Positions 1 to 9,986 of a stretch of DNA of 64,000 bases are shown here, piece by piece. Under the pieces are notes generated by a model. It was not told the DNA's origin. It made no database searches and saw nothing but the letters and a program-made list of their open reading frames with translations. Position numbers and translations under genes: made by a program. Positions within the stretch are counted from its first letter, which is position 1. Each line of letters begins with the position of its first letter. Source of the DNA: Phycisphaeraceae bacterium (lineage in GTDB: Bacteria > Planctomycetota > Phycisphaerae > Phycisphaerales > Phycisphaeraceae); NCBI GenBank assembly GCA_963674705.1, contig OY771506.1:2880001-2944000 (forward strand), in the 5' to 3' direction.

Positions 1-1277
1 TATTCCTTGTTGATGTAGCAGCGGCCTAGGAATTCGTGTGACATTGCACGGCGTTTTGGATCGGCCTTGGCTTGCTGGAACGCGCCGATCGCGTCGTCAT
101 ATTTACCCGCTGCATACAAGCGTCGGCCAAGCTCGTAACGCAGACCCATGTCCGTCGGATAGTTCTTGCAGCGGTCGGTGAATTCCTGAAGCTCGAACAG
201 CAACTGTTTCTGCTTGCCCGCCTGGAACTTCTGGATGAGTTCCTGGTTCTGCGGCTCCTTGTCGATCTTGGCCTTGATCTGACGCAACACCCGGTTGAAC
301 TGTTTCATCTGGATGTCGCCCATCCGCACGCGGTGGCGGTACTGGCCCGTCTCTTCCCAGCTCTTCTTCAGCAGCTCGATCGCTTCTTTTTCGGTTTCGG
401 CACTTTCGCGAGCGACCAGTGCGTCGACCAGCTTCTGCATGCGGTTGACGTCGCTTGGGTCTTCTTCATACTCCGCCCGGCGGCGTGCAATGATCTCGTC
501 GCCGGCGCTACCGCTCTTACGCAACTGCAATTCCTGCTGGATCGCTGCCTGGGCATCGCTGTCCTTGAGGTTCTTACGGAAGCCACCTTCTCCCTCAGAA
601 TGGTAGTGTTTCTCCGCCATCATCTGCTCGGCCTGAAGGTCTTTCAGCTCGCTGAGCAGCTTGCTGTCGTTGGGGCTTAAAGCGGCGGCTCTCCGGCAGG
701 CTTCAACCGCCTTGTCATACCGGTTCAACCTGACGAACAGGTCCTTGGCCTGGATGTACTTCTTGGGGCTGGGCTTCTTCTGCTGGCTGATCATCGGCAC
801 CCAGATCTCGCCCACCCAGAACGCGACATCGCCCAAGCCAAGCTCATCGTCGATTTCGTCAAATGCATCAACGGCCGCCTTGAACACATCCCCGGCCAAT
901 CCCTCATCCAGCGGATTCTTCGCCCAGAGCTTCTCGGCATGCAGCATCTTGTCCACCGGCGTATTCCCAGAACGCTTCATCCGTTCACCCATGCCGGCCG
1001 GCTTCCCACCACTGACCTTCCGACGCTTGGCGACCTCGTACAGCGCCTCGTGTTGCTTCAGGTTGCCCGGGTCGTACTTCAGACCGCTGATGTACAGGTC
1101 CACTGAGTAGTCGTAGTTGCTGGCGTTGGCTGTGGTTTCGGCATGCTCGAAGAAACGACGGGCCTTGCGGGGATCGGTCTTGTATGAGACGCCGCCCTCA
1201 CCGTTATCGCCACCGTCGCCGTTACCGCCGCCGTCGTCTTTGCCTTTACCACCTTTGAACTTATCGAGAAAACTCAA
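1..1277 (-). CDS. Tetratricopeptide-repeat protein (partial; C-terminus runs off the window start)
   Basis: Absent from the ORF track. Hand translation from TTG at 1277 gives MSFLDKFKGG...KARRFFEHAETTANASNYDYSVDLYISGLKYDP... and stays open to the window edge, with TPR-like segments (RYDKAVEACRRAAALSP; LRYELGRRLYAAGKYDDAIGAFQQA). Confidence 0.8.
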   Translation of the reverse strand, partial: MSFLDKFKGGKGKDDGGGNGDGGDNGEGGVSYKTDPRKARRFFEHAETTANASNYDYSVDLYISGLKYDPGNLKQHEALYEVAKRRKVSGGKPAGMGERMKRSGNTPVDKMLHAEKLWAKNPLDEGLAGDVFKAAVDAFDEIDDELGLGDVAFWVGEIWVPMISQQKKPSPKKYIQAKDLFVRLNRYDKAVEACRRAAALSPNDSKLLSELKDLQAEQMMAEKHYHSEGEGGFRKNLKDSDAQAAIQQELQLRKSGSAGDEIIARRRAEYEEDPSDVNRMQKLVDALVARESAETEKEAIELLKKSWEETGQYRHRVRMGDIQMKQFNRVLRQIKAKIDKEPQNQELIQKFQAGKQKQLLFELQEFTDRCKNYPTDMGLRYELGRRLYAAGKYDDAIGAFQQAKADPKRRAMSHEFLGRCYINKE

Positions 1278-1497
1278 AGCTATGCTCTCAGAGGGGTTGT
1301 GGGATTATTTACTCGGGATATTTAATTGTAGTAAAACCAACGCGATCTGACCATCCGCACCCCCTGAAAACCCGTATCCGGCTTGCCCGGATGTATCCAC
1401 GGGTTTAAGGTGGCGGATTACGGACCCTTGGGCCCAAACACACTGATACTATCGGTCTCTACATGGCCGGCCAGACCAGAATCACAGGACGAATTTC

Positions 1498-2286
1498 ATG
1501 ATTCAAGTAGCAATCAACGGGGCAGCGGGGCGGATGGGAAGGCGATTGGTCGCCCTGGCCGGGGCGGACCCGCAGCTGGAACTGGTCGCCGCCTTGGAGC
1601 ACGACGGCTGTGATCTATTGGGCCAGGATGCCGGCCGCGTCGCGGGGGAGGCCGAGGCCGGGGTGGCGATCACGACCACGCTCGATGCCAAGCCCGATGT
1701 CATGATCGACTTCAGTGTTCAGCCTGCGGTTCAGGCCGCCGTCAGGCTCTGCGTCGATCGCGGCATCGCCCTGGTCTGTGGCACGACCGGCCTGACCGAC
1801 GCCGATGAACAAGCCCTCCAGGCCGCCAGCCAAACGATCCCCGTCCTGCAGGCCCCGAACATGAGCCTCGGCGTGAACCTCCTGTTTGCGCTCGTCGGCA
1901 AGGTCGCCAAGCAACTCGGTGACGACTACGACATCGAGGTCGTCGAGGCCCATCACCGATTCAAGCAGGACGCACCCTCGGGCACGGCCATGGGCCTGGT
2001 CAAGTCCATCTGCAACGCGACCGGCAAGGACATCAACAAAGACGTTAAGCACGGCCGATCCGGCATGGACCCGCGCAAGCCCGGTGAGATCGGCGTGCAC
2101 GCCCTGCGGCTCGGCGACGAAGTCGGCCGTCACACGGTATCATTCGCCACACTCGGTGAAGAAGTTCAGCTCTCGCACAAAGCCTCGACACGTGACACGT
2201 TTGTCAAAGGGGCACTCAGAGCCGCCATATGGCTGGCCGGGAAGCCCGCCGGACGTTACGGTATGAGCGACGTGCTGGGGCTATGA
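1498..2286 (+). CDS. dapB: 4-hydroxy-tetrahydrodipicolinate reductase
   Basis: N-terminal Rossmann motif GAAGRMG, VCGTTG, APNMSLGVN and substrate-binding motif EAHHRFKQDAPSGTA. Confidence 0.97.
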   Translation: MIQVAINGAAGRMGRRLVALAGADPQLELVAALEHDGCDLLGQDAGRVAGEAEAGVAITTTLDAKPDVMIDFSVQPAVQAAVRLCVDRGIALVCGTTGLTDADEQALQAASQTIPVLQAPNMSLGVNLLFALVGKVAKQLGDDYDIEVVEAHHRFKQDAPSGTAMGLVKSICNATGKDINKDVKHGRSGMDPRKPGEIGVHALRLGDEVGRHTVSFATLGEEVQLSHKASTRDTFVKGALRAAIWLAGKPAGRYGMSDVLGL

Positions 2287-2371
2287 TGGGTTTTCCGGTG
2301 TTGTCCAGGACCCGCTTGCCGCGCCGTCATTATCAATACGATCACAAGCGCGTAATGAAAGGTACTATCAC

Positions 2372-3409
2372 ATGAGCACACAAACACAAACCGCCGTCAA
2401 GGCTGGTGTCAGCTATGAAACCGGTACGGGCCTGATCCGCCGGTTCATGGAATCCAACTACCTGCACTTCAACAGCCGGGAAGTGGTCGCCGCTGCCAAG
2501 GGATATGAAGCCCACATCAACGCAGGCGGCAAGATGCTTGTCTCTCTGGCCGGCGCGATGAGCACCGCCCGCCTCGGTAAGACACTCGCCCGTATGATCC
2601 GTGATGACAAGGTCCACGCGATTTCCTGCACCGGTGCGAACCTGGAAGAAGACCTCTTTGTGTTGCTGGCCGGCGCCGAATACGAACACTGCCAGGACTG
2701 GCAGGCATTGACCGCCGAGGATGAACAGGCCCTCTACGACCGCGGCATGAACCGTGTGACGGACACTTGCATCCCCGAAACCGTCATGCGTCACCTGGAA
2801 AGCCGGCTGATCAAGCAATGGAAGTCCGCCTGTGACGCCGGCATCCGTCGATTCCCCTCGGAATTCCTTTACGAAATCATCCGTAGCGGTGAATTGGAAG
2901 AGCATTACCAGCTCGATCCCAAAGACTCATGGATGCTTGCGGCCTGTGAAAAGAATATCCCTGTGTTTACCCCCGGTTGGGAAGACTCGACCACCGGCAA
3001 CATCTTCGCCGCCAACGTCATGAAAGGCACGGTCCCGAATCATCAATGCGTCAAGAGCGGCACCGAGCAGATGCAGGCCTTGGCCGAGTGGTACATCAAG
3101 AATATGGCGGGCGCCCATGCCGACTCTCCCAGCGTCGGTTTCTTCCAGATCGGCGGCGGCATCGCGGGCGACTTCGCCATCTGCGCTGTGCCCATGATGA
3201 TCCAGGACCTGAAGATGGAAGACACACGCTTCTGGGGCTACTTCTGCCAGACCTCCGATGCTTGCACCAGCTACGGCGGGTACTCCGGCGCGGTGCCCAA
3301 CGAAAAAATCACCTGGGGCAAGCTCGAAGTCGACACGCCCAAGTTCATGATCGAGTCCGACGCCACGATCGTCGCGCCCTTGATCTTTGCGTATGTGCTG
3401 GGCGACTGA
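2372..3409 (+). CDS. Deoxyhypusine synthase-family protein (probable homospermidine/polyamine synthase)
   Basis: LAGAMSTA, CTGANLEED, GMNRVTD, FFQIGGG and SYGGYSGAVPNEKITWGK with the catalytic-position Lys. Confidence 0.9.
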   Translation: MSTQTQTAVKAGVSYETGTGLIRRFMESNYLHFNSREVVAAAKGYEAHINAGGKMLVSLAGAMSTARLGKTLARMIRDDKVHAISCTGANLEEDLFVLLAGAEYEHCQDWQALTAEDEQALYDRGMNRVTDTCIPETVMRHLESRLIKQWKSACDAGIRRFPSEFLYEIIRSGELEEHYQLDPKDSWMLAACEKNIPVFTPGWEDSTTGNIFAANVMKGTVPNHQCVKSGTEQMQALAEWYIKNMAGAHADSPSVGFFQIGGGIAGDFAICAVPMMIQDLKMEDTRFWGYFCQTSDACTSYGGYSGAVPNEKITWGKLEVDTPKFMIESDATIVAPLIFAYVLGD

Positions 3410-3456
3410 ACGCGCGTGCTTTCGATGCGTGCAAAGTTGTAATCGATGAACAGAAT

Positions 3457-3489
3457 AAACAACCCTCGGTGTTACCCGAGGGTTGTTTT
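3457..3489. terminator. Bidirectional intrinsic terminator
   Basis: AAACAACCCTCGG-tgttac-CCGAGGGTTGTTTT hairpin between convergent genes. Confidence 0.8.
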
Positions 3490-3521
3490 GTGAATGCGCC
3501 AATTTGCATGCGCCGTATTGG

Positions 3522-5170
3522 CTAAGCCGCCTGTGCAGCATGTTCGTCAATCTTGAATTGACTGACGATCCGTAGCAACTGTTCGGACTTGCTGCTGAGC
3601 TGAGCCGACGCACTGGCGGATTGGTTGGCGCCTTCCGCCGCCTGACTGGTCACCGCATTGATCGATTCGATACTACGGCTGATCTCTTCACTCGCCGCGG
3701 ACTGTTGTTCGGCTGTGGCGGCGATCGATCGGATCATATCCGCAACCACTTGTGAACTAGCCACGATCTCTCTGAGGCTGTCACCGGCTTCCTTCGCCTG
3801 TGTGACACCCAGGCCCACCTGCTCGGTCCCCGCGTTCATGCGGTTCACCGCTTCCGTCGTTTCGGTTTGAATAGCGCTGATCGATTCGCCTATCTCTTCG
3901 GTCGCTTTCGTGGTGCGGTCTGCCAGCTTACGCACTTCATCGGCGACCACCGCAAACCCGCGCCCGTGTTCACCGGCACGCGCCGCTTCGATCGCGGCAT
4001 TCAGTGCCAGCAGGTTCGTCTGATCGGCGATGTCGTTGATCACATCGATGATCTGACCGATTTGCTCGCCTCGCTTGCCCAGTTCCGAAACACTTGCGGC
4101 ACTGGCGTTCACCGCTTCACTGATCGCGCTCATGCCTTTGATCGTTTCTTCCACAACATGGCCGCCTCGCGTTGCGACCTCGCCCGCCTGATTGGCGTTG
4201 TCCGCCGCTTCCATGCTCTTGTGGGTCACTTCGCTCACACTGGCGGACATCTCCTCCATCGCCGAACTGATCTGGGCGATCTGCGATGACTGCTCCGTCA
4301 TCCCCGTCGCCATCTCCTCGCTGGCGGCCGCGATCTGGGTGGACGCGCCCGCGACTTCCCGTGATCCCTGTGCGATTTCAACAATGATGTTGTGGACCTT
4401 GGCGACAAAAATGTTGAACCACGTCCCCAACTCACCCAGTTCATCATGCCGGTCCTGGTCGACACGCTGGGTCAGGTCGCCTTCACCTTCCGCGATATCC
4501 CTCAGACGTAGCACAATATTACGGATCGGACCAACGACGGAACGTGTGATCAGTAAGCCGATCCCGATCGCCAGAATCGAAGCTACGCCGAACAAGATCA
4601 AGGACATGCTCGACATCTGGGCAAGACTCGACTCAACCGCATCGCTCTTCTTGCTGGCTTCGGTCTCCAACTCGCCACGAATGCCGTTAAGTTCATTTTG
4701 CACCGTCTGTAGGTACTTCGGCGTTTGCTCCAGGAAGATCGTCTCGGCTTTCGAACGGTCCTCGCTGCTACCCGTTTGACACAACACATCTATCTGCTCT
4801 GCGGACTGATGCAGGCGATTGTGCTCAGGCACGATATCCTCCAGGTGCTCTGCGATCTCGCATACTCACCCGAAAGTTGCTTGGCGTCTTCGCTGCTCAG
4901 CCATTTACCCAGCCCGCATTGCGTGGGGTCAAGCTGAACCTCGACACGATCTTTTTTGTATGCAAAGGTTCCATTTAGGCCGTCGAGCCACTTGTAGTGG
5001 TCAACTACTTTTTCAACCATGAACTTCGAATCACTTTGCAACCGCTGCGCGTCATGCTCAGCGGTCTTGACCTCCGCCATCAGGTACCGGTTCACCCCGT
5101 AACTGACACCCATAAGAACAATAACCACACCAAATCCAATCGATAGTTTTCGACCAATCGTCAAACGCAT
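3522..5170 (-). pseudogene. Methyl-accepting chemotaxis protein (TM-CZB-TM-HAMP-MA) split by a 1-nt frameshift near 4860
   Basis: AGGAGG precedes the ATG at 5170. The upstream frame gives TM1 plus DHYKW...DPTQCGLGKW; the downstream frame gives [19 protein letters not shown]2, HAMP (EGDLTQRV...DELGELG) and [34 protein letters not shown]. The junction reads GAG TAT GC GAG ATC, one base short. Could be a sequencing error. Confidence 0.85.
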
Positions 5171-5702
5171 GGCGTTTGCCTCCTAGTCCCCCTTGTTTGA
5201 TGTAACCCCAATGTCTGAAAATGCCCAGGCATTGCCCATTATTCATAAACATCAAGTGTGCAGCCCAACACACACTTTGACAGCATTACCTTGCAAGCCG
5301 CAAGTAACTGTCCTGCTGAACTATCGTGTCTTAATAAGACACGGTTAACCTGAATATGGGTATAAACACCCATTTTTGTTTCTTGAAGAAAATGTGGGGC
5401 CGATAAAGCAACTTTGCTTTATTCATATAACCCGAAACGGCGTTCTACGAGCATCATTCTTCTCAGGCCTTTGGGGTCCGTCACCCTTTTCGTCTCTCCT
5501 ATTACCGAGCCGCCCCTGATAGCGACTTCACCCACCAGGTTGACGCTGCCCGTGGCGGCGCCGATCTTTGCGTGACTACCATCACGCTTGCCGGCATCTC
5601 TCTGATCGCTGGGAAGGCTTGACTGTGTGCTTGATCACGCCGGTTTTCCCGCTGATACGCCCACTTGTGCCAAATCCGATTATCTTCGCTATACTCTCGC
5701 AC

Positions 5703-6828
5703 ATGGCTGAACAGACACTTACCATCGAAAGCGTTCCTTCCATGCTGAAGGAGCTCGAGGCGCGGGTGGAAAGCATCCGCGACTCTCTTTAACTGCGACC
5801 AGAAACAGGCCCGGCTCAAAGAACTGGAAGCCCTGATGGGCGACCCCGGTTTCTGGGACAACCCCGACAAAGCAAACGAAGTCGTCGCCGAACTCAAGAC
5901 GGTCAAGGCTATCGTCGGGCCCATCGCCGCCGCCACGCAGCGGGTCGAGGACGCCGTGCTGCTGTTGGAAATGGCCCAGGAGGCCGACGATGCCGACACC
6001 AAGAACGAAGTCCTTGTAGAAGCAAAGAAGCTCGAGGCCGAGATGGATCGCCTCGAAACGCTCTCGCTCCTGTCCGGTAAGTACGATCCGCGCAACTGTT
6101 ATCTGTCCATCTACTCCCGTGAAGGCGGCACCGAAGCCCAGGACTGGACAGAAATGCTCCTGCGCATGTTCATCTATTATTGTGAGAACATGGGCTGGGA
6201 CGTCTCCGAGGTCGATAAGACCTACGGCGAAGAAGCCGGCCTCAAGGATGTCACCCTCTACATTAAGGGCCCGATGGCCTACGGCTACCTCTCGTGCGAA
6301 CGTGGCACCCATCGCCTGGCACGCGTCTCACCTTTCAACGCCCAAGGCAAACGTCAGACAAGCTTCGCTGCCGTCGACGTCGTACCCGAGTTCCCCGACA
6401 CCGGCGGCGTCGAGATCGACGACAAAGACCTGGACGTCGTCAACTTCGCACGCTCTTCAGGCCCCGGCGGGCAGAACGTCAACAAGGTCGCGACAGCCGT
6501 ACGCATTACGCACTTACCGACCGGTATCCAGATCGTCAGCTCCACCCACAAATCCCAGGAGCAGAACCGCAAGCAGTGTATGAACATCCTGCGCGGCCGA
6601 CTGGAACTGCTCGAAGAAGAAAAACGCGCTGCCGAAATGGACGCCGCCACCGGTGGCAAACTCGACATGGGCTGGGGCACACAGATCCGCTCCTACGTCT
6701 TCTACGACAACCGCGTCAAAGACCACCGCACCCACTACGAACAGCCCAACCCCCAACGCGTCATGGATGGCGACCTGCAAGGCTTCATCGATGCGGAACT
6801 GAGGCGACGCAGACGTGCCAAAGGATAA
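5703..6828 (+). CDS. prfB: Peptide chain release factor 2 (programmed +1 frameshift at 5787-5793)
   Basis: ORF0 MAEQTL...RVESIRDSL ends CTT TAA. The +1 frame continues AAC TGC GAC CAG... into MGDPGFWD, with the SPF specificity motif (RVSPFNA) and GGQ (SGPGGQNVNK). Confidence 0.95.
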
Positions 6829-7027
6829 ATCGCACGGTTCTGTATAAACCTTTGAATTTCTTGTATTTATCGCCGGATAATGCGAAAACGCTTGACTTTT
6901 GTGATCATCGGATGAGACAATCCGGTAAGGCTGTTCCTATCGCCGGGTAAATCAATGGGTACTGCGATAGGGGGGGTGATTCAGTCGTTTTTGTACCTGT
7001 TCATTCGATCCATTTCGAGGAGGCGTT

Positions 7028-8134
7028 ATGAAACGATTCTTCCCGTCGGTCGCATGTCTTGTTTCGTGTTGCGTCACGATACTACCTTGTGACAAAACGG
7101 ATGCCGCCAGCATTCAGGATATCGAGTCACTTTTTCGTCCGATCATCTCTGCCGATGGGTCGGTGGTTGTGGGCTTGTCGAAACCCGATAGTACGTTCCA
7201 AGTCACGCGCTGGACAGAGGCCGGAGGGACGGCGTATTTGGGTGATGTTACGGGGGCATACCATAATTGTTATTTGGCTACATCAGCCGATGGCTCTGTC
7301 ATTGTGGGGCGTGACGTACCCAGCTATGGTTTGGGAGGAATAATTTGGACCGAAAGCAGTGGTTTGGTACGTCTTACTGAGTACTTCCCGGATCACCCAC
7401 TGGTTCCATACGACATAACCGATGATGGCAATCTGATCGTCGGCACGGAATATGATTTTTCAGATGATGGATCCAACCAGGCATATATGGCGGAACTCGG
7501 TGGAAGTATTACCTACTTGTCTGGCTTAAACGGCGCTACATCAGCTTATCCCGAACTTGTATCGTCCGACGGCTCAGTGATTGCCGGGGCAACCTATACC
7601 GAAGACGAATCCTCGGTCGCATATGCAGGCGCACGCTGGACCGCTGACACGGGATGGGTTCCGCTCGGTGACTTGCCGGAGGATTTTTATTATGCACTGC
7701 CCAAGGCCATGTCTTCGGACGGTTCAGTTATCGTTGGATACAACTACGATTCTTCGAATCTGCAGGCTTTCCGTTGGACCGCAGACACGGGTGTGGTTGG
7801 ACTAGGTTTTGAGATTTCCGGCGGGGCGATTAATATCTCTGCGGACGGTTCGATTATCGTGGGGACCAGCGATCATGTGCCATTCATCTGGACCGCGGAT
7901 GGCGGCATGCGCTCATTGGAAGATGAACTAACCAATACCTACGGCCTCGATCTATCCGATTGGTATCTTTATTCAGCCAACGGCATATCCGCCGACGGCA
8001 TGCATATCGTTGGCACGGGCTACCATATAGGCCACACCCCCGGCGAAGGTTCCACGACCTTCCTGATTACGATCCCCGAGCCGGGAACGCTGATGTTAGT
8101 CATGACCGGGTTTGTGTGTGTATTGCGTCGATGA
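7028..8134 (+). CDS. PEP-CTERM surface protein with HAF-like extracellular repeats
   Basis: Signal-peptide-like N-terminus, repeated (I/V)S(A/S)DGSVIVG...A(F)RWT units and C-terminal IPEPGTLMLVMTGFVCVLRR. Confidence 0.88.
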   Translation: MKRFFPSVACLVSCCVTILPCDKTDAASIQDIESLFRPIISADGSVVVGLSKPDSTFQVTRWTEAGGTAYLGDVTGAYHNCYLATSADGSVIVGRDVPSYGLGGIIWTESSGLVRLTEYFPDHPLVPYDITDDGNLIVGTEYDFSDDGSNQAYMAELGGSITYLSGLNGATSAYPELVSSDGSVIAGATYTEDESSVAYAGARWTADTGWVPLGDLPEDFYYALPKAMSSDGSVIVGYNYDSSNLQAFRWTADTGVVGLGFEISGGAINISADGSIIVGTSDHVPFIWTADGGMRSLEDELTNTYGLDLSDWYLYSANGISADGMHIVGTGYHIGHTPGEGSTTFLITIPEPGTLMLVMTGFVCVLRR

Positions 8135-8333
8135 TGAATTCCCCGAATCCCGCGGGGCGTTATTGTTCCTGAAATCTAAGTATTCAAATATCCATCACAG
8201 AAGCGACACAGATACGCAAAGGGGAAGACCAGTAGATTTACGGCAATCTAATCAATTGCGATCGTATTTCGATTGCAATTTCGTGCTCATTTTGGTTAAA
8301 TAGCGGCTCATACAATCAGGAGGAGAGAATCAT

Positions 8334-9983
8334 ATGTTCAGTTCACGCCGGGTGGTTGTTCTGTTTGCCTGTATCCCGCACCTACTCATATCCGCATTGG
8401 CGCCCAGCGCATCGGCCGAAGTGTCTTACAGGTCGGTGGCAGTTACCGGTACGCAAGCGTCGGATACAGATCTGGATACTGAGTACATTTTTTTTCTCTG
8501 GAATCCAGTCATTAATGATTATGGGAAAGTCGCTTTTCACGCTTTTCTCACCGGACCCAATGTAAGTGCCGCAAATAATAACGGCATTTGGCTTTCATCA
8601 TCGGATCATACAAGCTTAGCGGTTCGTGCCGGAGACCAGGCTATTCCTCTCAATTCTGACGTCGTCTTTAGTGGGGTCGGCGCACCGAATATTAATTCAT
8701 CTGGTGATATCGCATTCATCGGATCACTAAACGGTTCCGGGGTATCGCCATCAAATGACTCGGGTATCTGGGTTCAGGATTCAAGTGCTACACGGTTGGT
8801 TGCTCGGGAAGGAGGTTTAATCCCCGGGACCACATCAAGTGAGGTGTTTACATCATTCAGTTCATTAGTCTTCAATAATGATGCAAAGACTGCATTTATT
8901 GCTGATTCTCAGGTCCCCGGAGATCTTTCCACTTCCAGGCAGGGCATTTGGTCAGAGGGTTCCGATGCGTTGAAAGCGGTTGCGGTACAGGGACAGTTGC
9001 CGCCCGGCGTTGTTAATGGTGTGGAATATACCTCACTAAGCGGATTGGTTATGAATGACCAAGGACAGACCGCTTTTCATAGTCAATTGTTATATCCGCC
9101 TGCATTAGATAATTACGGCCAAGGTGTCTGGTCCGAGGGCACTGGAAGTTTATCACTGGTTGCATTAAGGGGAGAAGTTGCTGATATACATGAACCGGGT
9201 AATGTCATTCTCGGGCTAAGCCAGCCCGTGATCAATAACGCCGGTGATACGGCTTTTGCCGTTGTTATCGATAGGCCTCAGTTGAGCGATAGTGGGATCT
9301 TGCTTTATGACGGTGATGCTGTAGACACTATCGTGCAAAGCGGTGACTACGTCCAGGACAGTGAATATGGAATCAAGTTTGGTCAGATTCTGGCTGAACT
9401 TCAATACTCGAATGTGGTGATCAATGCGAGCGGTCAAACGGCATTTTTCGCCACGACAGCATATAGTCGGCATGGGAGCTTGACCGGTATTTGGAGAGAA
9501 GATCACGGGGTGATTAAATCAATCGCATCTGTGAGTGATGATGCACCAGGCGCGTCATACCGAGAGAAGTTCGGCTTTCATTTTGGCCCATCTTCTGACT
9601 ACTACCCCGTCATCAACGCGAGTGGACAGGTTGCTTTCATGGCCCAGGCACTTGACCCTGATCGGCCTGATCAAGCGCGCGATGGGTTATGGGCAACCAA
9701 CACAGATGATGAGCTTGAATTGATCGCTTTGGTGGGTGAACTATTTGATGTCAATGATGATCCTTTGATTGAGGATTGGCGCATCATCAGCTCGGTTGAC
9801 TTCGCCAACGGATCCGGAGGTGAAGACGGGCTCCCCAATTCATTCAATGATGCCGGTCAACTTGTGTTCAAGCTCGGTTTTTCTGATGGCAGTTCGGGGA
9901 TCTTTGTCGCAACCGTGCCTGAACCCGCCACAGCCTGTATATTGGCAATTAGTGCTGTAAATCTATTGCGACCTAGGCGCTGA
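8334..9983 (+). CDS. PEP-CTERM surface protein with NxxGxxAF tandem repeats
   Basis: Signal peptide, repeats INDYGKVAF, INSSGDIAF, MNDQGQTAF, INNAGDTAF, INASGQTAF, INASGQVAF, and C-terminal VPEPATACILAISAVNLLRPRR. Confidence 0.9.
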   Translation: MFSSRRVVVLFACIPHLLISALAPSASAEVSYRSVAVTGTQASDTDLDTEYIFFLWNPVINDYGKVAFHAFLTGPNVSAANNNGIWLSSSDHTSLAVRAGDQAIPLNSDVVFSGVGAPNINSSGDIAFIGSLNGSGVSPSNDSGIWVQDSSATRLVAREGGLIPGTTSSEVFTSFSSLVFNNDAKTAFIADSQVPGDLSTSRQGIWSEGSDALKAVAVQGQLPPGVVNGVEYTSLSGLVMNDQGQTAFHSQLLYPPALDNYGQGVWSEGTGSLSLVALRGEVADIHEPGNVILGLSQPVINNAGDTAFAVVIDRPQLSDSGILLYDGDAVDTIVQSGDYVQDSEYGIKFGQILAELQYSNVVINASGQTAFFATTAYSRHGSLTGIWREDHGVIKSIASVSDDAPGASYREKFGFHFGPSSDYYPVINASGQVAFMAQALDPDRPDQARDGLWATNTDDELELIALVGELFDVNDDPLIEDWRIISSVDFANGSGGEDGLPNSFNDAGQLVFKLGFSDGSSGIFVATVPEPATACILAISAVNLLRPRR

Positions 9984-9986
9984 TAT

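Noticed and set aside
72..1350. Plus-strand ORFs 72-680, 661-1110 and 1117-1350, and similar antisense ORFs throughout
   Set aside because: Shadows of real genes on the opposite strand, as expected in GC-rich DNA.
2372..3409. Eukaryote-like eIF5A/EF-P hypusination system
   Set aside because: No efp or hydroxylase gene is adjacent; bacterial DHS-family enzymes are generally polyamine (homospermidine) synthases.
5171..5310. c-di-GMP riboswitch in the chemoreceptor leader
   Set aside because: Only fragmentary resemblance (CTGGGCA...GGGGTTA). The core class I or II motifs cannot be matched by eye; an Rfam cmscan would be needed.
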